A stretch of 64,000 nt of DNA, from NCBI RefSeq assembly GCF_009914755.1, contig NC_060947.1; one strand, written 5' to 3'. Below, one piece after another: positions 15,769 to 31,374 of the stretch (position 1 is the first letter of the stretch; every line of letters starts with the position of its first letter). The notes under the pieces were generated by a model that did no database searches, was not told where the DNA came from, and was given only the letters and a program-made list of their open reading frames with translations. The DNA comes from the human T2T-CHM13v2.0 reference genome, Homo sapiens. A program made the translations under genes and the position numbers.

Positions 15769-18700
15769 TCGGTGAAAGCAGCTGGGAGGGGGCTATATGC
15801 TTCCAAGCCACAGGGATGGAGCTGCCCAAGGCCGTGGGATCCCACTGCTTGCATCAGTGTGACCTGGATGTGAGACATGGGGTCAAAGGAGATCACATTG
15901 GAACTTTAAGGTTTAATGACAGCCTGATTGGATTTTGGACTTCCATAGAGCCTGCAGCCCCTTTGTTTTGGCCAATTTCTCCCATTTGGAAGGGGTGTAT
16001 TTGCCCAATGCCTGCACACCCATTGTATCTAGGAAGTAACTAACTTGCTTCTGATTTTACAGGCTCATAGGTGGAAGGGACTTGTCTTGTCTCAGATGAG
16101 ACTTTGGACTGTGAATTTTAAGTTAATGTTGGAATGAGTTAAGACTTTGGGGGACTGTTAGGAAGGCATTATTGGTTTCAAAATGTGAGAACATGAGATT
16201 TGGAAGGGGCCAAGGGTGGAATGATATGGTTTGGTTGTGTCCCCACGCAAATCTCATCTTGAATTGTAGCTCCCATAATCACCATATGTGGTGGGAGGGA
16301 CCTGGTGGGACATAATTGAATCATGGGAGTGGGTTTTTACCATGCTGTTCTCATGATAGTGAATAAGTCTCAAAAAGCCTGTTGGTTTTATATAGGGCAG
16401 TTCCCCTGAACATGTGCTCTGGCATGCTGCCATGTCAGATGTGCCTTTGCTCCCCCTTCACCTTCCGCCATGATTGTGAGGCCTCCTTAGCCATGTGAAA
16501 CTATTGAGTCCACTAAACCTCCTTGCTTTATAAACTACCCAGTCTCGGGTATGTCCTTATAGCAGCATGAGAAAGGACTAATACACTCAGAATACAAAAC
16601 CAATGTGCAAGAATGACAAGCATTCCTATACACAAACAATAGACAAGGGGAGAAACAAATCATAAATGAACTCCCATTTACAATTACTACAGAGAATAGA
16701 ATACCTAGGAATACAGCTAACATGGGAAGTGAAGGACCTCTTCAAGGAGAAATACAAACCACTGCTCAAAAAAATCAGAAAGGACACAAACATGAAAAAA
16801 CATTCCATGCTCATGGATAGAAAGAATCAATATCATGAAAATGGCCACACTGCCCAAAGTAATTTATAGATTCCACGCTATTACCATTACACTACCATTG
16901 ACATTCTTCACAAAAGTAGAAAAAACTACTTTAAAATTCGTATGGAACCAAAAAAGAGCCCGTATAGCCATGACAATCCTAAGCAAAAAGAGCAAAGCTG
17001 GAGGCATCACATCATGCCACCCAACTTCAAACTATACTACAAGGCTACAGTAACCAAAGCAGCATGGTACTGGTACAAAAACAGACACATAGACCAATGG
17101 AACAGAATAGAGATCTCAGAAATAAGACCACACATCTACAACCATCTGATCTTCAACAAACTTGACAAAAACAAGCAATGAAGAAAGGAATCCTTATTCA
17201 ATAAATGGTGCTGAGATAACTGGCTAGCCATGTGCAGAAGATAGAAACTGGACCCCTTCCTTACACCATATACAAAATATGCTGAAGATGGACTAAAGAC
17301 TTAAATGTAAAACCCAAAACTATATAAAACCTGGAAGACAACCTAAGCAATACCATTCAGGACTTGGACACAGGCAAAGATTTAATGACAAAGACATCAA
17401 AAGCAATGGCAACAAAAGTAAAAATTGACAAGTGTGATCTAATTAAACTAAAGAGCTTCTGCACAGCAAAATAAACTATCATCAGAGTGAAGAGACAACC
17501 TACAGAATGGGAGAAATTTTTTGCAATCTCTCCATCTGACAAAGGTCTAATATCCAGAGTCTACAAGGAACTTAAACAAATTTATAAGAAACAGAAAATC
17601 CCGTTAAAAAGTGGGCAAAGAACATGGACACTTCTTAAAAGAAGACACTCACATGGCCAAGAGACATGAAAAAAAGCTCAATAGCACTGATCATTAGAGA
17701 AATGCAAATCAAAACCACAATAAGATACCATCTTATGCCAGTCAGAATGGTGACTATTAAAAAGTCAAGAAACAACAGATACTGGTGAGGCTGTGCAGAA
17801 ATAGGAACACTTTCACACTGTTGGTGGGAATGTAAATTAGTTCAACCATTGTGGAAGATAGTATGGCAATTCCTCAAAGACCTAGAAACCAGAAATACCA
17901 TTTGACCCAGCAATCCTGTTACTGGGTATATACCCAAAGGAATATAAATCATTCTATTATAAACATACATGCAGGCATGTGTTAATTGCAGCACTATTCA
18001 CAATAGCAAAGACATGGAATCAACCCAAATGCCCATCAGTGATAGACTGGATAAAGAAAATGTGGTATATATACACCATTGAATACTATGCAGGCATAAA
18101 AAGGAACAAGATTATGTTATTTGCAGGGACATGGATAGAGCTGGAAGCCATTATCTTCAGCAAACTAACACAGGAACAGAAAACCAAGCATCACATGTTC
18201 TCACTTATAAGTTGGAGCTGGACAATGAGACCACATGGACACAGGGAGGGGAACAACATGCACTGGGGCCTGTTGGGGGGTGGGGGGGAAGAAGAGCATC
18301 AGGATAAATAGCTAATACATGTGGGGCTTAATACCTAGGTGATGGGTTGATAGGTGCAGCAAACCACCAGGGCACATGTTTACCTATGTAACAAACCTCC
18401 CATCCTTCACATGTATCCCAGAGCTTAAAATAAAATAAAATTAAATTAAAATTAGAAAAAAAAGTAATGAGTTCGAAGCCATAATAAAAAGTCTCCCAGC
18501 AAAGCAAAGCCAATGACCCTGATGGCTTCACTGCTGAGTTCTACCAAACATTTAAAGAAGAACTAATACCAATACTACTCCAACTATTCCAATAAATAGA
18601 GGAGAAGAAAATACTTCCAATCTCATTGTACAAGGCCAGTATTACCCTGATACCAAAACTAGACAATGACACATCAAAAAAGAAAACTATAAAACAATAT

Positions 18701-20753
18701 GACTGATGAATATTGATGCAAAAATCCTCAACAATATACTAGCAAAGTTCAACAAAACATTAAAAAGATCATTTATTATAACTGAGATTTATCCCAGGAA
18801 TGAAAGGGTGGTTCAACATATGCAAATCAATCAATATCATACATTGTAGCAATAGAATACAGGACAAAAATCATGTGATCATTTCCATGGATGCTGAAAA
18901 AGCATTTAACAAAATTCAACATACCTTCATGATAAAAACCCTCAAAAAACTGGGGATAGAAGGAACATACGTCAAAATAATAAAAGCCATCTATGACAGA
19001 CCAAAAGTTAGTATCATACTGAATGAGGAAAAATGGAAAGCATTTCCTCTAAGATCTGGAACATGACAAAGATGCCCACTATCACCACTGATATTCAACA
19101 TATTACTGGAAGTCCTAGCTAGAGCAATCAGACAAAAGAAAGAACTAAAGGGCATCCAAATTGGAAATGAAGAAGTCAAAATATCCTTATTTCCAGATGA
19201 TATGATCTTATATTTGGAAAAACTAATGACTCCACAAAAAACAATTAGAGCTGAAAAACAAATTCAGTAAAGTTGCAGAATATGCTATCAACATGCAGAA
19301 ATCAGTCATATTTTTATATGCCAACAGCAATCTGAAAATGAAATAAAGAAAATAATTCCATTTACAATAGCTATAAATAAAATTAAATACCTAGGAATTA
19401 GCTTAACCAAAGAAGTGAAATATCTGTGCAATGAAAACTATACAACGTTGATGCAAAAAATTGAATAGGACACCAAAAAATGGAAAGATATATCCATGTT
19501 AATGGATTGCAAGAATCAATAATGTTAAAATGTCTATACTACCCAAATAAATCTACAGATCCAATGCAATCCCTATCAAAATACCAATGACATTATTCAC
19601 AGAAATAGAAAAAAAAATCCTAAAGTTTATCTGGAACCAAAACAGACCCAGAATAGCCAAAGCTATCCTGAGCAAAAAGAACAAATCTGAAGGAATCACA
19701 TTATATTAATTTCTCAAATTATACTACAGAGCTATAGTAACCAAAAGAGCACTGTATTGTCATAAAAAACAGATACATATATCAGTGGAACAGAATAGAG
19801 AACCTCAAGAAAATCCATACATCCACAGTGAACTCATTTTTGACAAAGGTGCCAAGAATATACATTGGAGAAAGGAGAGTATCCTCAATAAACGGTGCGG
19901 GGAAACTGGATATCCATATACAGAAAAAGGAAACTTGACCCCCCATCTCTCATCATATACAAAAATCAAATCAAAATAGATTAAAGACTGAAATCTAAGA
20001 CCTCAAGCTATGAATCCACTAAAAACCTTGAGGAAACTCTCCAGGACATCAGTCTGTGCAAGGATTTCTAGAGTAATACCCCACAAGCACTGACAACCAA
20101 AGCAAAAATGGACAAATGGGGTCACATCAAGCTGAAAAGCTTCTGCACAGCAAAGGAAACAATCAACAAAGTGAAAGGGTAACCCACAGAACAGGAGAAA
20201 ATATTTGCAAAATACCCATCTGACAAGGGATTAATAACCAGAATATATAAGGAGCTCAATCGACTTTACAGGAAGAAATCTAATAATCTGAATAAAAAAT
20301 GGGCCATAGATCTGAACAGACATTTCTCAAAACAAGACATACAAATGGCAAACAGGTACAATGGCTCAACATCATCAATCATCAGAGAAATGCAAATCAA
20401 ACTACAATAAGATATCATCTCACACCAGTTAAAGTGGCTTTTATCTAAAAGACAGGCAATAACAAATGCTGGTGAGAATATGGAGAAAAGGGAATCCTCT
20501 TACACTGTTGGTGGGAATGTATTATATATTAGTACAATCGCTATGCAGAACAGTTTGTAGGGTCCTCAAAAAACTAAAGATAGAGCTACCACAAAATCTA
20601 GCAATCCCACTGCTGGGTGTATACCCAAAAGAAAGGAAAATGGTACATCGAAGAGATATTGGTACTCCTGTGTTTATTGCAGCAGTATTCACAATAGCCA
20701 GGATTTGGATGCAACCTACCTGTCCATCAATAGATGAATAGATACAGAAAATG

Positions 20754-21854
20754 TATCGGGGGAACCAGCCCCCAATATTTCAATGTAGGTTCTTTTCTAT
20801 TTTCCCTAAGTGTCGGCCGGTCTGAGAAATAAACAAAAAGAGTACAAAGAGAGAAATTTTATAGCTGGGCCTCCGGGGGTGTCATCACATATTGGTAGGA
20901 CCATGATGGTGACCTCAAGCTGCAAAATCAGCAAGTTTTTATTAGGGATTTTGAAAGGGGAGGGGGTGTACGAACAGGGAGTAGGTCACAGAGATCAGAT
21001 GCTTCAAAGGGCAATAAAAGATCAAAAGGCAGAGGCAAAAATTAGAATTACTGATGAAGGTCTGTGTCCCACTGTGCACACATTGTCTTGATAAACATCT
21101 TAACAGGAAACAGGGTTCGAGAGCAGACAACTGGTCTGACTAGAATTTACCAGGCTGGAATTTCCCAATCCTAGTAAGCCTGAGGGCACTGCAGGAGACC
21201 AGGGCGTATTTCAGTCCTATCTCAACCGCATAAGACAGACACTCCCAGAGCAGCCATCTATAGACCTACCCCCAGGAATGCATTCCTTCCTGAGGGTTAC
21301 TCCATGCTGGGAAAATAATTCAGCAATATTTCTCCTACTCGCACATCCATCTATAGGCTTTCTGTGAGAAGAAAAATATGTCTCTATTCTGCTCGACCCC
21401 ACAGGCAGTCAGCCCTTATGGTTATCTTCCCTTTTTCCCTGAAAATTGCTATTATTCTGTTTTTTCAGGGTGCACTGGTTTCATATTGTTCAAACACCCT
21501 TGTTTCACAATCAGATTTCATATTGTTGAAACACACATTTTACAAACAATTTGTACAGTTAACGCAATCATTACAGGGTCCTGAGGTGACATACATCCTC
21601 AGCTTACAAAGATAATGTGATTAAGAGATTAAAGACAGGCATAAGAAATTATAAGAGTATTAATTGGGGAAGTGATAAATGTCCATGAAATCTTCACAAT
21701 TCACGTTCAGAGACTGCAGTAAAGACAGGCCTAAGAAATGATAAAAGTATTAACTTTGGAAACTGCTAAATGTCCATGAAATCTTCAAAATTTATGTTCT
21801 TCTGCTACAGCTTCAGCCGGTCCCCCCGTTCAGGGTCCCTGACTTCCCGCAACA
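20754..21854 (-). mobile_element. Solo MER11 (B/C-like) LTR of HERV-K11/HML-8, 1101 bp
   Basis: The minus strand begins TGTTGCGGGAAGTCAGGGACCCTGAACGG and ends ...GGTTCCCCCCGATA. Exact 6-bp TSD AAAATG (20748-20753 / 21855-21860), typical of ERVK. Confidence 0.92.
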
Positions 21855-22181
21855 AAAATGTGTTACATCTACATAATGGAGTGCTACTGGGCCATAAAAA
21901 GAATGAGATCCTGTCATTTGCAACAGCATGGATGGAACTGGAGGTCATTCTATTAAGTGAAATAAACCAGGCACAGAAAGACAAACTTCACATGCTGTCA
22001 CTTATTTGTGGAAGCTAAAAATCAAAATAATTTAACACATAGGGATAGACAGCAGAAGGATGGTTATCAGAGGATGTTAAGGGTAGTGTGTGGGTGGGGG
22101 GTGGTGGGGGGAAATGACAGTTAGTGGTTACAAAAAATCAGAAATAATGAATAAGACCTAGTATTTGCTAGCACATCAGAC

Positions 22182-22286
22182 TGACTATAGTAAAAAGTAA
22201 TTTACTATAGTCACTTAGTAAATATAGTAAATATTGTGACTGTAGTAAATTATGTTTTACTACAGTCACAATATTTACTATATTTA
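22182..22286. repeat. Two adjacent perfect inverted repeats (13-bp arms + 6-nt loop; 31-bp arms + 6-nt loop)
   Basis: TGACTATAGTAAA (22182-22194) / TTTACTATAGTCA (22201-22213). TAAATATAGTAAATATTGTGACTGTAGTAAA (22219-22249) and its exact reverse complement (22256-22286). Confidence 0.95.
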
Positions 22287-22496
22287 AATGTACATAATTA
22301 TACATTTTAAAAATAACTAAAACAGTATAATTAAATTATAACACAAAGGATAAATGCTTGAGGTGATGGCTAGCCCATATACCCTGATGTGGTTATTACC
22401 CACTGCATTCCTGTATCAAAATATCTCATGTAACCCATAAACATATACATACCTACTATGTGTCAACAAAAATTTAAAAATAAACAATTTTTTAAA

Positions 22497-22579
22497 AATA
22501 TTATAATGGAGTAGAAAAATACCTGTCACCTACTGACACACTAGCTGCCATAATGCTGTAGTGCAATGCCTTATTTTTT
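22497..22579 (+). mobile_element. Tigger3a middle fragment
   Basis: TTATAATGGAGTAGAAAAATACCTGTCACCTACTGAC...GTAGTGCAATGC continues Tigger3a from where the 6156-6231 piece stops. Confidence 0.8.
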
Positions 22580-22857
22580 TATTTTTTATTTTTTTAGTTT
22601 TTATTTTTTTTAAAATTGTTTTGGTTTTTTTTTAATTAATTAATTTATTATTATTATACTTTAAGTTTTAGGATACATGTGCAAAATGTGCAGGTTCATT
22701 ACTTATGTATACATGTGCCATGCTGGTGCGCTGCACCCACTAACTCGTCATCTAGCATTAGGTATATCTCCCAATGCTATCCCTCCCCCATCCCCCAACC
22801 CCACAACAGTCCCCAGAGTGTGATGTTCCCCTTCCAGTGTCCATGTGTTCTCATTGT

Positions 22858-26709
<3,852 letters not shown>

Positions 26710-26745
26710 TTAGTTGATGCAGTTTCTTCCTAGTCTTGATGGTCT

Positions 26746-27759
26746 TTACATTTTGGCATGATTTTGCAGCAGCTGGTACAGGTCGTTCCTTTCCATGTTT
26801 AGCGCTTCCTTCAGGAGCTCTTTTAGGGCAGGCCTGGTGGTGACAAAATCTCTCAGCATTTGCTTATCTGTAAAGTATTTTATTTCTCCTTCACTTATGA
26901 AGCTTAGTTTGGCTGGATATGAAATTCTGGGTTGAAAATTCTTTTCTTTAAGAATGTTGAATATTGGCCCCCACTCTCTTCTGGCTTGTAGAGTTTCTGC
27001 TGAGAGATCTGCTGTTAGTCTGATGGGCTTCCCTTTGAGAGTAACCGACCTTTCTCTCTGGCTGCCCTTAGCATTTTTTCCTTAATTTCAACTTTGGTGA
27101 ATCTGACAATTATGTGTCTTGGAGTTGCTCTTCTCGAGGAGTATCTCTGGGGCGTTCTCTGTATTTCCTGAATCTGAACGTTGGCCTGCCTTGCTAGATT
27201 GGGGAAGTTCTCCTGGAGAATATCCTGCAGAGTGTTTTCCAACTTGGTTCCATTCTCCCCGTCACTTTCAGGTACACCAATCAGACGTAGATTTGGTCTT
27301 TTCACATAGTCCCATATTTCTTGGAGGCTTTGCTCGTTTCTTTTTATTCTTTTTTCTCTAAACTTCCCTTCTCGCTTCATTTCATTCATTTCATCTTCCA
27401 TCACTGATACCGTTTCTTGCAGTTGATCGCATCGGCTCCTGAGGCTTCTGCATTCTTCACGTAGTTCTCGAGCCTTGGTTTTCAGCTCCATCAGCTCCTT
27501 TAAGCACTTCTCTGTATTGGTTATTCTAATTATACATTCTTCTAAATTGTTTTCAAAGTTTTCAACTTCTTTGCCTTTGGTTTGAATGTCCTCCCCTGGC
27601 TCGGAGTAATTTGATCGTCTGAAGCCTTCTTCTCTCAGCTTGTCAGTCATTCTCCATCCAGCTTTATTCCATTGCTGGTGAGGAACTGTGTTCCTTTGGA
27701 GGAGGAGAGTCGCTCTGCTTTTTAGAGTTTCCAGTTTTTCTGTTCTGTTTTTTCCCCAT
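26746..27759 (-). pseudogene. L1 ORF1 (RNA-binding chaperone), disrupted
   Basis: ATG at 27759. A 211-aa fragment with EIWDYVKRPNLRLIGVPE...RAAREKG, then frameshifts. Confidence 0.9.
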
Positions 27760-28214
27760 CTTTGTGGTTTTATCTACTTTTGGTCTTTGATGATGGTGAT
27801 GTACAGATGGGTTTTTGGTGTGGATGTCCTTTCTGTTTGTTAGTTTTCCTTCTAACAGACGGGACCCTCAGCTGCAGGTCTGTTGGAGTACCCGGCCGTG
27901 TGAGGTATGAGTCTGCCCCTGCTCGGGTGTGCTTCCCAGTTAGGCTGCTCAGGGGTCAGGGGTCAGGGACCCACTTGAGGAGGCAGTCTGCCCGTTCTCA
28001 GATCTCCAGCTGCGTGCTGGGAGAACCACTGCTCTCTTCAAAGCTGTCAGACAGGGACATTTAAGTCGGCAGAGGTTACTGCTGTCTTTGTGTTTGTGTG
28101 TGCCCTGCCCCCAGAGGTGGAGCCTACAGAGGCAGGCAGGCCTCCTTGAGCTGTGGTGGTCTCCACCCAGTTCAAGCTTCCTGGCTGCTTTGTTTACCTA
28201 AGCAAGCCTGGGCA

Positions 28215-28331
28215 ATGGCAGGCGCCCCTCCCCCAGCCTCGCTGCCACCTTGCAGATTGATCTCAGACTGCAGTGCTCGCAATCAGCGGGACTCCGTGGG
28301 CGTAGGATCCTGCGAGCCAGGTGCAGGATAG
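28215..28331 (+). pseudogene. L1 antisense ORF0, truncated at 38 aa
   Basis: MAGAPPPASLPPCRLISDCSARNQRDSVGVGSCEPGAG* matches the primate L1 ORF0 N-terminus. Premature TAG at 28329-28331. Confidence 0.8.
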
Positions 28332-28643
28332 AATCTCCTGATGCGCCGTTTTTTAAGCCTGTTGGAAAAGCGCAGTATTCGGGTGGGAGTGACCCGATTT
28401 TCCAGGTGCCGTCTGTCACCCCTTTCTTTGACTAGGAAAGGGAACTCCCTGACCCCTTGCGCTTCCCGTGTGAAGCAATGCCTTGCCCTGCTTCAGCTCG
28501 CGCATGGTGCGCGCACCCACTGACCTGCGCCCACTGTCTGGCACTCCCAATGAGATGAACCCGGTACCTCAGATGGAAATGCAGAAATCACCCGTCTTCT
28601 GCGTCGCTCATGCTGGGAGCTGTAGACCGCAGCTGTTCCTATT

Positions 28644-28654
28644 CGGCCATCTTG
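28644..28654 (-). promoter_or_regulatory. YY1 motif at the L1 5' end
   Basis: CAAGATGGCCG on the minus strand at the expected position in the 5' UTR. Confidence 0.75.
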
Positions 28655-28665
28655 GCTCCTCCCTC

Positions 28666-28922
28666 GCATTATTTTTTATCTTTTTATATATGTTTGCACA
28701 CACAAATACCACTGTGTTACAATTTTCTACAGTATCCAGTACAGTAACATGCTGTGAGGTTTGTAGCCTAGGAGCCATAGGCTATACCACATAGCCTAAG
28801 TGTGTAGTAGGCTAAATCATCTACGTTTGTGTAAGTACACTCTATGATGTTGGTACAAGGGTTAAATTTCCGAAGAACACATTTCTCAGAAAGTATTCCT
28901 ATTTTTAAGTGATGCATGACTG
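28666..28922 (+). mobile_element. Tigger3a right fragment with terminal inverted repeat
   Basis: ...CAGTAACATGCTGT...GTTTGTAGCCTAGGAGC...TAAGTACACTCTATGATGTT...GCATGACTG followed by TA (28923-28924). Confidence 0.9.
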
Positions 28923-28924
28923 TA

Positions 28925-29045
28925 TTGAATAATAGCCAAACTTTCAAAATTTGATGACAAACATTAATCTACACATCCAAGGAGCTCAACAAATTCCAAG
29001 TAGGATAGATTCAAAGAGATCCACACCTGAACACGTTATAATTAT
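28925..29045 (+). mobile_element. Continuation of the L1M ORF1 interrupted at 6155
   Basis: TTGAATAATAGCCAAACTTTCAAAATTTGATG...CACATCCAAGGAGCTCAACAAATTCCAAGTAGG is the L1 ORF1 sequence expected right after ...GAAAAGAATA. Confidence 0.8.
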
Positions 29046-31020
29046 CATCTATGATGAATTCATCTGGAATTATTTTATTTATATGTTAATGTAAGAATTA
29101 GAGAAAAGAGGTTACTGAGAATAAAGCAAAGAGAAAAATAAAGGGGAAAAGTTAATACATTTGGACAATTTGTCATCATTTAAAGATCAAGGCTGTGGTA
29201 TTTAATATACAAGAACACCTGGAAGCAAATTTCAGGAAAGGTGTACAAAGCATACATAGTAAAGACCACTCCCATTTCAAGAATGTACTGACATTTGGAA
29301 TGGGGGTCTGAAACTGAGCTGTTGCCGAACACTGGTCTTAACATTTATAGGCCACCTAATTGAACTATTCACTTTTCAGAATGTTTTCCTTTGTGGACTA
29401 TTTGATATAATTACTTCATATTTTCTTTTTAACCTCACTATGACTTTCCATAGTCTGTTGACATATATAGGTGAACCTCAGTTAAAAAAATCATAATAAA
29501 ACACTCAAACTTGATAGAAAATATTTTAAAATCACCTAACGCTTGGGATTATTTGTACTACTGCTTTTTTCCATTGTCATCGATAATGGGGAAATGATCA
29601 TACATTGATACTCAAACGCATTCTCTAATTAACATACCAATGACATATCCCCAATATTATGTATACATGTATAAACTCGTAAGTACTCACCATTGAACTG
29701 TATCACATTTGCTAATGGCTGCCAGGCTCAACCATACCTCCTGACCTTTAGGAACTTAAATGCATCTATTTCCAATGGCATAGTTTTTATGTAAGTCACT
29801 CTATAATTAGAGGACTACTCATTTCCACATCACCTTACGTTACACTTATTGTGAATAAACACTCTCTACACCCCAGTGGAGAAACTCCACACAAAGTCAG
29901 AGGGATGAGCAAAGGAGAGGTGGAAATCAAACATAACTTCCACAGACAGACTGAACCACCCTCTTTCACCAGCAATGGAACTCATAGCTCAGCATTGTGC
30001 CACTCATGAATTTCATGTGACTTCATGATGATGGCCTAAGAGAAGAGGGAAGGAGGAAACTGGGGCCAGTTTTCCAGGACTTTACCAACACCTGCCCTTG
30101 GTTATAACATTTGGTAATTCTCAGAGCCCCACCCCTACATTACAAACGTTACAATTCTGTGCACCATAAGTAGAGGCTTTACAAGGGTTCACAATTACTT
30201 TAGGGCCACAATGAATGCAAGCAATTGTTATCCCAGTCTTTGTTTCTACTCAAATACCAGCATTTTGGTAAAGCCTAATGGAATGAGCATCACTTGTTAT
30301 CTCTAATGTCAAAGTTGAAGATTAATCACCATTAGTCAATGGAAATTAGGTGTAGAAAAGAAATTATTTATCATACAAAATGAAAGGGGCTTGAATTGGA
30401 GCCAAAATACAAAACTGCAAACACATACCCAGATGCTCAGACATTCCTTCTGCACATCAAATGGCTGTACTTCTTCTTCCCATATACACTGCTCTCTCCT
30501 TAGATCCCTCACATTCCCAACATCAGTGACTGGGTTTGTCACAGTATCCTTTGACACATAAGAAATATGACAGTTGGAGAAGAGCCTAAACAACGATCAT
30601 GAACACTGTCCCTCATCCTTCATCTCAGCTCCACCTATTTAAAAGAAAGAACCCAAGCCATCCTCAAACCCCAAAAGCACTTCTGCAGACAGCTTTGAGG
30701 CACTTCTCGCCAGATGTATGCCCTAAAACTGACAGTAACCCCTGCTGCTCACTCCTCAAGTAAGAATTGAGGCCTATAAAGTTTGGAAATTGCTAGAGAA
30801 AAGAAAGATAGAGACAAAAAGACACACCCAGGTGAGTGTTGGCAGATGTTTCTGTGTTTTCAGGCATGTGTGCTGTACCTACAACCTTTGGGGAGCCTGG
30901 TACCCCAAGTGAATCTCCCCTCAAGTTCACTGTAAAGCACAATCATTTCTTCATAGCACAGTGATACTCTTAAGGTACTCTGAGGGCTTTCCTACATTTA
31001 CTTAAATGGATAAATTCCAA

Positions 31021-31041
31021 CACACACACACACATACACAT

Positions 31042-31076
<35 letters not shown>
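31021..31076. repeat. Interrupted (CA)n microsatellite
   Basis: Read directly. Confidence 0.95.
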
Positions 31077-31079
<3 letters not shown>

Positions 31080-31149
31080 CAAATACAGGGGAAAAAGGCA
31101 GAGACTAAATACAAATAATTCTCTGAGACCCAGGCTTCTTCACTTAAAC

Positions 31150-31374
31150 CAGTGTTTCTCAATCCAGGTACTGTTGACATCTTGGGTCAGGTACTTCTTT
31201 TTGTATGTGTGGTGTAGGGAAGAGCTGCCCTGTGAATTTTAGGAGGTTTGGAAGCATCTGTGTCCTCTACCCATTAGAAGCCAGTAGCACCCCCCAACCC
31301 ACTTGTGACTAAAAATGTCTCCAGGCATTGCCAAATGTCCTAAATGGCAAAATTCTCCACCATGAGAACCATGG
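31150..31374 (+). mobile_element. MER20 (hAT-Charlie non-autonomous DNA transposon)
   Basis: CAGTGTTTCTCAA...GAAGCCAGTAGCACCCCCC...AAAATGTCTCCAGGCATTGCCAAATGTCC...GAGAACCA. Degenerate 8-bp TSD ACTTAAAC / CCTTAGAC. Confidence 0.85.

Noticed and set aside
21620-21800. Direct repeat of ~70-bp units (TAAAGACAGGC...AAATGTCCATGAAATCTTCA)
   Set aside because: An internal tandem repeat within the MER11 LTR. It is not a CRISPR-like array, since there are no unique spacers between conserved repeats.
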